Positions 31,165 to 46,215 of a stretch of 64,000 nt of DNA are shown here, in pieces. A program made the position numbers and the translations under genes. Position 1 is the stretch's first letter; each line of letters begins with the position of its first letter. The notes under the pieces are model-generated. The model was not told the origin of the DNA, made no database searches, and worked only from the letters and a program-made list of their open reading frames with translations. Source of the stretch: the human T2T-CHM13v2.0 reference genome, Homo sapiens; assembly GCF_009914755.1 (NCBI RefSeq), contig NC_060926.1; one strand, 5' to 3'.

Positions 31165-31539
31165 TAGGTAGGTTTTGGCTGCTCTTGTCACAAAAAAAGT
31201 AACAAGTAAAATGTCTTCACTGTAGCAGCCATTTTACTGTCTATATGTGTCCCATAACATCATGCTATAACCTCGAATATACACAATAGCATTTGTTTAA
31301 AACAACAAAAAAGAGAAGAGACGGAAAAAGAGGGTGAAGAATTTTACAAAAATAAGCCACTGTTCCTAGGGCTACTTGCTTGGGTCCCTTGAGAGTCTTG
31401 CTCATTCGAAGTGGTTGTATCTAGCTCTCCCTCCTCCCTGTCACAAGGACTGAGCCTATGGGACGGAGGGGCTTTGTGGAAGATCCTTTTGGTCTCCTGC
31501 CTAGCAGCAGGCTGTGAGGTCCCCATCCCATCTACTTCT

Positions 31540-31990
31540 TGGTGGCAGAGTTCACCTCTTACTTTAGAAGTTAGAAGTATCAGATTTTCCATTTTTCTAG
31601 CCTCCCTTGCAACCAAGGCATGGTATATGATCCAGTTCTGGCCAGTGGATTTTAAGGGAGTTTCCCTGGGGGCTTTGGGAAAGGTTTTCTTCCCCCTTTG
31701 AAGTGTGGTTCATGAAAGGAAGCATCCAATTTCTTCCACCAGATGTTATTGCATTGATACAGAATGCCTAAACCACGGTGACCATCTTGTTCCTGTGGGA
31801 GGATGCATGGCACAAGGAGGTTGGCAGAATGGAAAGCTGCCAAGTGCCTGGTCCTTGGCATCATTTTTGACACACTGAAAAACCTTGTACCACTCATCTC
31901 CAGAATTTTTGATGTGCAGCAACACATTTTCTTCACTGTTTAGGTTAATGTAAATGAGATATTCTGTTACTTGCAGCTGAAAGCATTCAG
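31540..31990 (+). mobile_element. MaLR LTR fragment (MLT1-like)
   Basis: ttctagcctcccttgcaaccaaggcatgg...tctgttacttgcagctgaaagcatt. Confidence 0.6.
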
Positions 31991-33636
31991 AAGGACAGAG
32001 ACTTCATCCAGAGCTGGGCTTCTTCATGGGAGACATGGGCCAGTGCGCTGAGGGATACATTCAGTGACTACATAAGTGCAGTGTATTTTCCTAGTGTGTC
32101 CGTTTGACTCGATGGTAGCTGAAAACAGTGCTTTCATGTGAAAACAGACATGGATATTGGTATAGGGAATAAAATTCACAATATAAAACAGGAGTCTTGA
32201 GATTTCTTCCAGGAAAGCATCCCAGAACCTTGGGAAATTTTATGATGCAAGTAAATAGTGTTTCTCTTTCTATTGTGCACAGATATGAGAAACTCAAATT
32301 AAACTGCAATTGGAGAGATTAAGCCAGACACAGGAAGGATTGTGTCTATTGTGATTATTAAAGAGGTTCTGAATTGGAATGGAGACAGGACAATGGAATG
32401 TCAGAGCTTTGGGAGTTTTAAAGAGAGGAGTATTGTGATTTCAAATGCAGTTTTGCCTGGACTAGTTTTCTCAGCTTTCTAGGTCCCTGTCAATATCTTA
32501 CCATTGTTTTGTATTTGTGAAGAATAATGATTTTTTTTTTCTTAGATGATGATTGCATTCCAGACCCTTCAATGTTTCTTTGGTAATTTATCCTTTGTTT
32601 TAATTCAATGTGCTACTCAAAATGCTGCCCTGGAGTTTTCCTTTAAATAGTTAATGTGAATGAAAGCAGAAAATTGCCAGGAGTCAGCCAAATGTTGAGA
32701 CAGATTGTAAATACCTGTAGGGAAAGTATTTAAGCATTTCCGATAAGAAGGATACTGTAAATTTTACATGCAAGGGCTCTGCATCAAAGCCCAGATCCCA
32801 GCTTTTCTTCCCACTTTGAGACTTCTTAGACAAGGTCATCACAATGGATCTACTGTTTCCACTGGCATTTACATCACCACTTTATCTTGTTATTCCTGAT
32901 TTCTTGCCAATCATATTGAGAATTTCTCAAGGGGAGTAAAAAAGAATAATCAAACCAGCTTTGCCTCCTTGACAGTGAAGAATAAGAAGAAAAGATTCTC
33001 TCTCTCAGAGACAGGCTTTCTGTTTTTTTTTTTTTATTTTTGCAGTATGTTTTAATTTGACACTCCACCTTTGACAACCCCAGGAGTCTAAGCCGATGAA
33101 AAGCTGAGTTAGTTTTCTCTTCCCCAGCTCAACCTCACATTAAGCCTTTTTTTTTTTTTTTAAACCAGGAATTTTGGAAAGGTGTTGGTTTAGGGGATAG
33201 CCTCATGAGACTTTACTAGGTTACAAACCCCTACTCCAGGCCACTAGACTGAGGACATGGCTGCAGTCTTTGGTTTTGTCAGCAATGGAGGCACAAAGGG
33301 TGACAATAGGAGGAAGGAAGGAAGGATGGGAATGCTTTGGATTCTGTCTGTTCCAGGAGCATCTGCCCCCATTTTGAAGAATGTTTATCGTGTGCTAGCT
33401 TGTTCTTCCAGGCTAGATCTGACTTCCCATAGCAGTACTCTGTTCAGCCTCCAGCTTCTTAGCAAGGCAGAGTGTGTCCCTTCTGCCTTCATCTACTCAT
33501 TCACTCTTTCAACAGATTCATTAGGTGCTTAATCATTGTTGCAACAGTTAACATTCTGTGAGGGATTCGTCAGGAGGAGGTGTGGGTTGCAATGGTTAAA
33601 AGCATGGAGTCTGATGCCTGATTGCTTGGGATTTCC

Positions 33637-34058
33637 TGTCTTAGACCATTTTGTGTTGCCACAGAATACCCGAGACTGGTAATTTATAAAGAAAAGAAGT
33701 TTATTTGGCTCATGATTCTAGAGGCTGGGATGTTCAAGACTGGGCAGTCCATTTGGTGAAGGTCTTGTGTTCCTCATGGGTAAAAAGTGGAAAGGAAAAT
33801 GGGTGTATGCAAAGAGACCAAACAGGAGAGTAGCCTTGCTTTATATCAACCTGCTTGTGTGGTAACAAATCTATTCCTGAGAGAGCAAGAACCCGCTCAT
33901 TCCCCCACTCCTTGAGACTGCATTAATTCCTTCATTAGGGCAGATCCCTCATGACCCAAATGCCTTTGAAAGGTCCCACCATCTGTCAACACTGTCACAT
34001 TGGCAAATACATTTCAACATGAGTTTTGCCGGGGACAAACCACATCCAAACCATAGCA
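33637..34058 (-). mobile_element. MST-type MaLR solo LTR interrupting a MIR
   Basis: tgtcttag...ggtaatttataaagaaaag...ccaaaccatagca. Confidence 0.85.
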
Positions 34059-34291
34059 CTTGGGATTGAATCCTGGTTAGCTAAATGACCTGGTTTCTAA
34101 ACTTCAGTAGGCCCTGGGGCAGTAGCATTCCACCAGCTTGTTGTGAGGACTGAATGAAGCATTGCATACACAGAGCTCAGCCCAGCTCCTGGGGGAACAT
34201 AAAAAGCTGGTAGACGGCCGTCTTTGGAACGATTGTTATCATTGCCATTAGCGTTTGGGAGCTCACAAACATGGCAGCCCATTCTCACTCT

Positions 34292-34328
<37 letters not shown>

Positions 34329-35693
34329 TTTTCTTCCTCCTGAGACCACTTCTGCTCACCTCAGTAATTCACCAGGTGGACATTCAACATCTGCTCCAGG
34401 TGCATTGCACTGTGCTCAGTGCTGTGGGGTGACAAAATGATGGGGTATCATTGGGCCTTCTAGAGGGCCTGCTGTCTGAAAGGAGTTAAATGCTGATGGA
34501 CCCAACACCAGGCAGGACCTGATGCATGCTGATTTGTGTGCTAACACATGGGAGGGAGCCAGGGGTGTTGGCATGCCAGGAAGTGGGTGGAGAAGGACTG
34601 ATTTGCAACAGAACCTTGGGTAAGTCACTGCCTCTCTTGGGGCTTGACTTTTCCCATCTGGAAGACCAGGGAGGTAGGATTTTCAAACTTTTTGGACCAG
34701 GACCCATAGTAAGAAGTGCCCACAATTTTATGTTGCCACTCTCAGAACCATATACATAATTGAAACATGTTTCATGAAGCCATACTCACTTGTACTACAT
34801 GAAATTCTCTGTGTTGTCTTTTTTTAAAAAATGCTGGTTATAACTCATTATATTGACTTTCTGACCCCTTAATGGTTCAATTCAAAAACACTGTACTAGA
34901 TGATCCCTAAGAAGCCTATCAGCTTGAACTTTCTGTAATTTTCGGTCTACATGGGTTGTATGGGTTTAAAAGAAGAAGGAAGGAATGATTAATCTCCTAG
35001 TTTTAATGACTGGCCAGAGCCCAGCTAGATTAATTAAAAAAAAATATATATATATGGTTGGCTCCCATAGCAGCTTTCTGGAGTTCAAGGACATGGTCTG
35101 ATGGAAATGAAGAGGCTAATTGTTGGGGTTCATTTGCTGGATCATGATGAGGCTGCAAACAGAAAAAGTGCATTACTCATGACAATTGGGTCGTTTGTGG
35201 AAAGGGAAGAAAGGACCCTGTCATTAAAGTTTGTTTCTCTCCTGCTTTCTAGATATGGGAATTCTGGAAAGAATCCACTCTCCTCAGAAAAAAAAAAGTC
35301 AGCTTGTTTTAATTCCTAAATGGATATGGTCCTGTGAACTAGGGGACTTGGGAGAAACGACTTCCCTGCCTATGTAAATGTTTGTTTTTGCCTTAATGTG
35401 TTTGTCCATTTGCTTGACTGCTCAGAAGATAGTCATCTGAAAACACAACCTTCAGGAGAAACTTTAAAAAACCCAACAACTAGTGCAAAAAAACCTACCA
35501 CCCAACCCCTAAAACGAGAATACCAAACTGTGACCTCTCTCTCCACCTTCTTAGCCTGTACTTTAGTGCACTTTTCATAGAGAAGCCTCCACTTCCCAGT
35601 GGCCCCTTTGGGACAATGCCTTTGGCTGGGGCTTCTGAACACCCAGGTGGTTTCATGAAGTACCTCCATGTTATCCAGAACCAAGAGAAGACT

Positions 35694-35858
35694 TTTTCTT
35701 TCATTCCTTCCTCCCTTCCTCTCTCCTTCCCTCCGTCCCTTTCTCCTTTCCTTTTTCCTTTCCCCTTTCCATTTTCCCCTTTCCTGTTCCCTCTCCTCCC
35801 CTCCCCTTCCCTCCTTTTTCCTCCCCTCCCCTCCCTTTCCCTTTCCTCTTTCTTTTTT
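35694..35858. repeat. Long polypyrimidine (CT-rich) tract
   Basis: Direct reading of the sequence. Confidence 0.9.
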
Positions 35859-36191
35859 GGCAGCTCTTTGCACCCTAAGGAAATTTCTGGAATTCTGGTG
35901 ACTTTCTGAGATCAAATGGCCTTTTTAACATCTCAAGTCTTTCAAAGTCCTTTGTTCCAGACTTTCACCCTTCAGTCTGAAGCAAAGGACTGATCAACAC
36001 CAGCTGGACAGGCCCTTTGGGAAAACATCAGCAGGAGGGTTCACGGATATAGTCATGGGCTTAAAAAAGCCAAGACTGCTCTCTGGCCCTTCCTATCTGT
36101 TGTCTGCCTTCAATTTTGATGAAAAACACAGGGTTTAAAGTTGGTATGTTACTGGACTTCCTATGCCTCTGTAAAAATGTGGTTAATAATA

Positions 36192-36272
36192 TTAGGTTGG
36201 AGCAAAAGTAGTTGTGGTCTTTGCTATTACTTTTAAATATCAAAAACTGCAATTACTTTTGCACCAACCTAA
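36192..36272. mobile_element. MADE1 MITE (Hsmar1-derived)
   Basis: TIRs ttaggttgg(a)gcaaaagta / tacttttgcaccaacctaa, TA target duplication, 81 bp. Confidence 0.92.
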
Positions 36273-36305
36273 TAGTAAGAAATTTATAGGATTAAATTAT
36301 ATATA

Positions 36306-37392
<1,087 letters not shown>

Positions 37393-39139
37393 CAAGTCAA
37401 GGCAATTGAACCAAGATGGTGTCAGATCGTTTGATCTGGTCCATCCATTGGGCATGGGAGGGAGGCAGCCACAAAGTCTTGGTGAAAATGGGGTGAGAGA
37501 TGGGCCTTTGTGAAATAGGGATAGAGATCTGAACCCTGCAGGGTTCCTAAATGGATGAGCAAACCAACTGGAACTTGTCACTAGTTGGCTCTGGCTAAAG
37601 GTGACTATAATAATAACCTTCTTTTACGATAGCTGGGTCCTCTCCTCAGAGCTTCAGGCTTTCTGAATTCAGAGCCTTCCTTAAGGTAAGGAAATGGCAG
37701 TTTGCTTGAATACAATGGTCTTTTTAAGGCAGCTCAGATGTTTATCTTATCCCAATATTTACCCTATTGAATAGGATTTGGGTGGCTTATTTTTCTAATT
37801 CTCTGGGGAGTGAGATTTCGTTGTGTTAAGTTGAATATCAACTTTTAAATGAAAAAATGGATCAAACTGAGAGAAAATCCTGTTCTGACCCAGGAGAGAA
37901 AAAGGCTCTGGTAAAATCTGGCCTGGATTTTTCTCTACCCATAACCTTGAGGGTAAGGAGCCCAGGGGAATGGCTGAAACAACTGCAAAAAACAACTACA
38001 GGACCCGAGTCCAGGCCTGCAGCAGGGAGCACCCAGGATGTTCTAGAATCTGAGTGCCTAGAACAGCTATTGACTGAGCCAGAGCTCCCACCCCCTTGAC
38101 TCCCCAGGTGGCCCTGGGTCTGGCCAGCCTTCCTGTTTGAGCCTGGGTTAAATCCTAACATCATTTATTTTTTCCCAGTTGGTCTGAAATAAGCCTCAGG
38201 AAATAGGATCTAGGACAACAACCTCTTCAAGTAAAAAGGACAATGGCCAAATTAGCCCTCAGGGTATAGGTATGTGTTCAGCTACCATATCTCTTTTTAG
38301 AATGGAAGATTTAATTTACAGTATCCTCTTGCACCACCACTGAAAGCTTCCCTTCAGATCAGACTCAAGACAACAAGTGTGTATTCAGATTATCTGAAAG
38401 TCTCAAGGGTTTTTTTCTTAGCCAGGACCATAAGAACTAGACATGTATTTACTTAGTTAATCCTCTCAACCATCCTCTAAAATAGGGTTTATAGATGAAG
38501 AAACCAAGGCACAGTGAAGCCAGGTTACGTCAGGATTAAATAGCTCTAGAGCAGCTGAGCCAGGGTGTGAAAGTGTGTCTGCATAACTCCGAATGCTGTG
38601 CTCTTAGCGCTATACCCTTGGAGCAGTCCTTGGAAACTAAGCATGGTGTGGGTGTGTAAAGGTAGTGGGCTTTATTTCCCTTAGTAAGCTTCCAGTCAGG
38701 TTAGAAAAACAGGACTGGCCAGAGGAGGGGAAAGAATAAAGCGATTGCTTGTAAGTTTAGAATTCAGGTCGCAGTGTGTGTTGTTTGTGTGGTTTCAACC
38801 AAATTCTTTAGGTTTCTGAGATCGTGGCAGGAAGGGAGGACATGCTGCCACTTCCAAGACACCTGAGCAATTTCATTTGTGCTCCTTAGTGGCTGAAGGA
38901 CCCATGGGTAAGTAGTTCAGCAAGAAAAGACTGCAGTTGTGCCAGACAGTGGGCATCTTTTTGCTCTGCACCTTTCCTGGAGGCTGAGACTTTGTGAAAA
39001 GAGGAGGTAGACAGCAGCTGCCCATGAGCTCATGAGAATAAAAATCTCAAAGCAGCCTTAAGTATTGTACCAGCAAGGTCTTTCTCATCCAGACTTTCAC
39101 CTCCAAACATGAGAATTTCCCTAGTGATATTTACACATC

Positions 39140-39996
39140 TCCCATCAGGGAAGCAGGATATTTCCCTGACCCCTTCATGGGCAGGAACTGGAGTGCATGG
39201 GTGTTAGAACAAGCTGGCTGCTTTGGTGCCAGAAGAAGTAGACTCCACTATCTTGGTCCCACTGTGTTTCACCCCTTTTAGCAGGAGCAGCACAGGTGAG
39301 TGGGTGCAGGAGTCTGGGCGAGTGCTTTTGGGAGCCAGTAGGAGCAAAACTCCGTGTGGGCCCTGCAGCAGCATCTAGGATGGGTGCCCGTGACCCCTGA
39401 AGCCCCAGAAGGAGTGTTACAATGCCCTTTTAGCTCTGCCATCCACAGATGGCTTAAGTGTTAACAGCTCAGTGGAGGGTCAGTGTGACAGCCTTTTGCA
39501 CCCACACTCACGACACCCGAGTTCTTGTTTGGTATCCAGGAGGAATGAGGTTGCACGAACGAATAAGAGATGGTAAATGCAGGGGATTTTATTGCTGATG
39601 AAAGTGGCTCTCAGTGGAAAGGGGAGCTGAAAAGGGAACAAAGTGGGAAGGTAATCTTCCCTTGGAGTCTGGCCATCCCCAGCCGGACTTGTCTTCAAAG
39701 CTACACCATCAAGCTGTCTCTCTAAAGTCAAGCTGCCTCTCTCTGACGTCCAACCATAGTTTCCAACATCCAGCTGCTTCTCCTCTCTGCTGGCTGAGCC
39801 TGGGGTTTTTATGGGCACAGGATGAGGGGCGAGGTGGGCCATGGGTTTTGGAAAAGGCAACATTCAAGTGGGAAAATAGGGATGTATGTTCTCACTTTGG
39901 GCCCTGGTATTAGGCTTTTTGGCTTGAAGGTGGGGCCCTCGCCAGAAAACCACTCTCTTTTGCCCAGAATTTCCCTGTCTCCTGTCCCTGTCATCA
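39140..39996 (-). mobile_element. ERV1 solo LTR (MER52/LTR27-28-like)
   Basis: Minus strand starts tgatgacagggacaggagacagggaaattctggg; AATAAA on the minus strand at ~39588. Confidence 0.7.
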
Positions 39997-40194
39997 GCAC
40001 AGATTTGCTTATTCATTTATTTCAATCCACAAGTGTCTACTGAGAATGTTCTATATGCCAAACACTGTTCTGGAAGGTTGGAGCACACGAATGGAGCACA
40101 TGAATGGTCTGTAGCATTAACAACAACAATGAAAACAACAACAATGTTTGTTGGTATAGTGAAAGGTGGTACAAGCAACATTAAAAATTAATCA

Positions 40195-40498
<304 letters not shown>

Positions 40499-42159
40499 TT
40501 AACTGGCCAATATGCATGATATGTAAAAAGCACCTATAAACCAATAAGAAAAAGACATCCCATATAAAAATAGGCAGATAAGAGGACCAGATTATTCCCA
40601 GAAAAAAAATTGGCTCTTGGCTTGCATTCAGAATTTAGCAATGTGGGAAAACCCATTCACGAGTGGTAAATGCTGCAAACAGAAATAGGTATGAAGGTGT
40701 TACATCACTTGTATGTTAGTTTCTTTAGTTTGGTGGTAGACAACTGAGCCAAAATTACCCTTAATAGATATCTTAAGTCCCCTCAGTAAATTGTACATGA
40801 TTTTGCATGTACAAGCCTTTGCCCTAATTTTTAAGAAGCACTGGCACAGACTAAATGAAGGAACAGAAGGAATGCCTACCTGACAAAGTCTTGAGATTCA
40901 CTCCATTCTGCCTTTAAAGATAATGGAGGGATATAGGTCAGTTTGGGTCTGTTGGGTTTAAGGTGCCCTGGGGTCCTCTGGCTGGAGCTGTCCAGCAAAG
41001 AGTGGTGAACACAGACCCAGGCTTACCTCATAGCTGGGGAGAGAGAGGCTGGACTTTGCACTGAGAATCAGCTACTTCTGTGGGTAGATGGGCTGGACTG
41101 GGAGTGAGGAGATGACTCCTCCTTGCTCAGTTAAAGTACTCAGAAGGAGTCCTAATGTTTTGGGGTAGATGAGCCTATCAACATCCTCCTGCCTCTGAGG
41201 GTAGGGCTCTGGAGACCCCTTGGGTGTCAGGCCCAAAGCAGGAGGCTCTGAAAGGGGCAAGAGGTGATCTTGGAAGAGACCACATGCATCTGTTTTCCCT
41301 AAAATGATTCTACCTCTAAACAGGAACTGGAGACCTCGGATGGCTGGAGAGAAGGGTTGGGGGAAAGAGGAGGGAGATGTACCACAGCTTGCTCTGGCTG
41401 GCTGTGTGGTGTGGCCTTCTTCAGGGTCCTCAGGAACTAGAGTGGGCTACTCAAACTTTAGTGTCCTTAAAAATCAACTGGAGAGTTTATTAACCTGCAT
41501 ATTCATGGACACTACCCTTAAAGATTTTGAATCTACATTTAGTTTATCATAAGGTCCTGAAATTTGCATTTTCATAAGCATACTCAGCACTACTAATACA
41601 GCATTCAAACTGGCTGAAAAGATACATACAATACAGACATGTATTTAAAAATACAGGGAAGATAAAGGTGAAAAGATCCTTCGGGGCACTGGCTTGAAAG
41701 ACAATCCAAAGGAACTATGCCACAGTATGTGGATGTTTGATAATGGGCATGTCTGTTGTGAACGGTGCTTTGGCATTCTGCCTTCAGCCTGCACTGAGAG
41801 ATGTGGGTGAGACTGGCTATTGTGTTTGCTGAAGGATGTTGGGAAGATCCAGCCCCACACATAATAGAGCTTCCTCTTTAAAGATTCATAGAACGGGGTC
41901 CTTTGTATCCCACTTCTGGGAGACCTGTGCTTCTCCTCACTAACTGGTTTGCTCTTATCTTGTGGAAAATGGGGGTCTCCTAACTGATTGGATTTCTTGG
42001 TCTGCTCTCTCTTCTGGGAATCATGGCTGAATCAGTGCAGCCCACTCCTTATAACTGTGGTTTGCACTTGTGTAATAATCACTACTCCCCCCTCTACCAG
42101 GCTTCATATTAATGTCTTGCCTTTTGTTTCTCTGTCATGCCTGATGACTATTAAAAATT

Positions 42160-43620
<1,461 letters not shown>

Positions 43621-43644
43621 AAAAATATAATTTCGAAAATAAAT

Positions 43645-44170
43645 TGTTCAACCAAAGACACATCTTGTATGTTCATTGCAGCACTATTCACAGTAGCAAA
43701 GACATGGAATCAACCTAGGTGCTCATCAGGAGTGGGCTGGATAAAGAAACTCTTATACATATACACCATGGAATACTATACAGCCATAAAAAGGAATGAA
43801 GTCATGTCATTTGCAGGAATATGGATGCAGCTGGAGGCCATTATCCTAAGCAAATTATCAGAGGAACAGAAATCCAAATAAGCATGTTCTCACTTATAAG
43901 TGGGAGCTAAACATTGAGTACTCATGGACATAAAGATGGCAACAATAGACACTAGGGACTACTAGAGGTGGGAAGGAGGGATCAGGAGAAGGGTTAAAAA
44001 ACTCACTCTTGGGTACTATGGTCATTATCTGGGTGACAGGATCAATCATACCCCAAACTTTAGCATCATGCAACATACCCAGTTAATAAACATGCACATA
44101 TACCCCTGAATCTAAGATAAAAGTTGAAAGTAGTAAAAAATAAAAATAAAAAATAAAAATAAATAAAAAT
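43645..44170 (+). mobile_element. Short 3' L1 (older L1PA/PB-like) with A-rich tail
   Basis: MFIAALFTVAKTWNQPRC ORF2 remnant, 3'UTR and (AAAAAT)n tail. Confidence 0.88.
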
Positions 44171-45233
44171 ATACTTTTGTCTTGTATATAGCTTTCAGCC
44201 ATTTCAAATCTTTTTGTAAATAGGCAGAACACAGGCAATTAAAATTCATCTATATGTTTATGTATGTATAGCTGCATGTACAATTCTATATAACAGTCAA
44301 CAAAAATAAAATATTACCATTATGTTTGAGCTCAGATACTAAAGTTTGTTTTCTAATTACTTGGCAAAGTATCAATTCATCAATATACCCAGTCCTGAGT
44401 CTCTCCTGGGTTTCATTTCAGCTAGAGGTTATGGCAGTCTGGGGATGACAGCCGCTTGTCTTGGGGGCTAACTGCTAACTAATCCACTGTGGCTCCCCTG
44501 CATCAATAACTCTTTCTGGTCAGAGACAGGAGCAAGAAAGGAGAATGGTATTGGGCTGCTCTTCCCAAGTCCATTTTCATTCATTGCAGCAATGGATGGG
44601 TTTCAATTAAAATGAGGTCATGGGCTATTAAGATGACTGCGGAGTCTGTGGGGGAGGGTGAGTCACTTGTGTGCATGTGAAATGCCCATGGCTGTTTTGT
44701 AGAACTTGGGCTCCAGTCTCTGTTTTCTTCTGGGAGTGGGTTTAAGAGTGGGCAGCAGAGGCGTCACTGGAAATGAATGTTCTCCGTGTGGGATCCAAGA
44801 TCACTCCCCCTGCCTCTACCCTCCCCCTTGTCTGGGTTCAAGAACAAAACTGTGTGAAAACAATAGAGGAAAAAGTAGCCAAACTTCAGTTGGTAACATT
44901 CTTGGAGATCTCAATAATGTGCAGTGCCCTGAACTAGACCATGTGGTTGGGAAATAAGGACAAAATCAAGACATGGATGGGCAGTGGGTGTCTTAAGGGC
45001 ATGCCCAGCACAGCCACACTCTGCCTGGTCAGTAGTTCTGGTGGCAGCTGCAGCCAGGGAGGTTGGGAGGGATTGTGCCAGGCTGTTCTTGGCTGCTGTG
45101 GATGGCTGCCACACTGTCTGTAGAACATGCCAAGGGAAAGTCAGGGTGCCAAGCTGGTCTCTGACAAAAAACAAAAACTCCCAGTGTCTGAAATAAGCTC
45201 AAGACATTCAAGGATGGGTCAATTCCTTATGGC

Positions 45234-45524
45234 TTTTTTTTTTGAGATGGAGTCTTGCTCTGTCGCCCAGGCTGGAGTGCAGTGGTGCAATCTTGGTTCA
45301 CTGCAACCTCCACCTCCTGGGGTTCAAGCGATTCTCCTGCCTCAGCCTCCAGAGTAGCTGGGACTACAGGCATGCACAACCATGCCTGGCTAATTTTTGT
45401 ATTTTTAGTAGAGACGGGGTTTCACCATGTTGGTCAGGCTGGTCTCAAAATCCTGACCTCATGATTTGCCCACCTTGGCCTCCCAAAGTGCCGGGATTAC
45501 AGGTGTGAGCCACCGCACCCAGCC
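45234..45524 (-). mobile_element. Alu (AluS-like)
   Basis: TSD ttatggctt. Confidence 0.92.
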
Positions 45525-46069
45525 TTTATGGCTTCTTTTAAGGGGTGAAGTGAGGCAGTGACTGTGTATTCCTGTGACGAGATCACTCAGAGCCACCCTG
45601 TAGATGTGGAATTCCAGGCTAACTGAATGGAGCAACTGGCTCAAGTAGGTACGTTTTATGCTCTGATGTCCTTTGGGGCTGTGCTGCCTAATCAATTCAC
45701 CCTGTCCTCCTGCTTTGGGAACGAGGTGGTGGTGGAAGAAGAGGGGCTGCCCCATACTGGGCTGGTTGGGTTGGTTGGGTTGGATCTCTGATTAAATGGG
45801 AGGTGTCAGAATTTGGATTCCTCAGAGGTCTGAGCTAGAGCATGGATGTTGCAGATTCAGGTTGCAGATCTCATGAGAAGTAAAGCAAGTTATGTTAAAG
45901 ACCAATAGAGTCAGCTCATGTTCAAAGTTGGATCCAAGAGTAAATGCCAAATGCATAGCACCAGAAGTAGGCCTGAGAGTTGAAGTTCAGTGTCACAAAG
46001 CCAAGACTTGGAGGATTAGCAATCAGGCAGGGAACAAAGTAAGAGAGAGCAAGAGAGACAGAATGAGAA

Positions 46070-46215
46070 TGTGTGTGTATGTGTGCATGTGCGTGCACAC
46101 GTAATATTCATGTGTGTGTGTGTTAGCACATGTTTAGTTAGGTCAATCATGGTGCATATATGTGTATGTAGGGTTTGTGTGTATAGAGCATGCCAGGTGT
46201 GTGTATGTGTTTGAG
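46070..46215. repeat. Degenerate (TG)-rich repeat
   Basis: Direct reading of the sequence. Confidence 0.75.

Noticed and set aside
35433-35915. 160-aa K/E/R/G-rich ORF and its antisense partners
   Set aside because: Artefacts of the low-complexity CT tract
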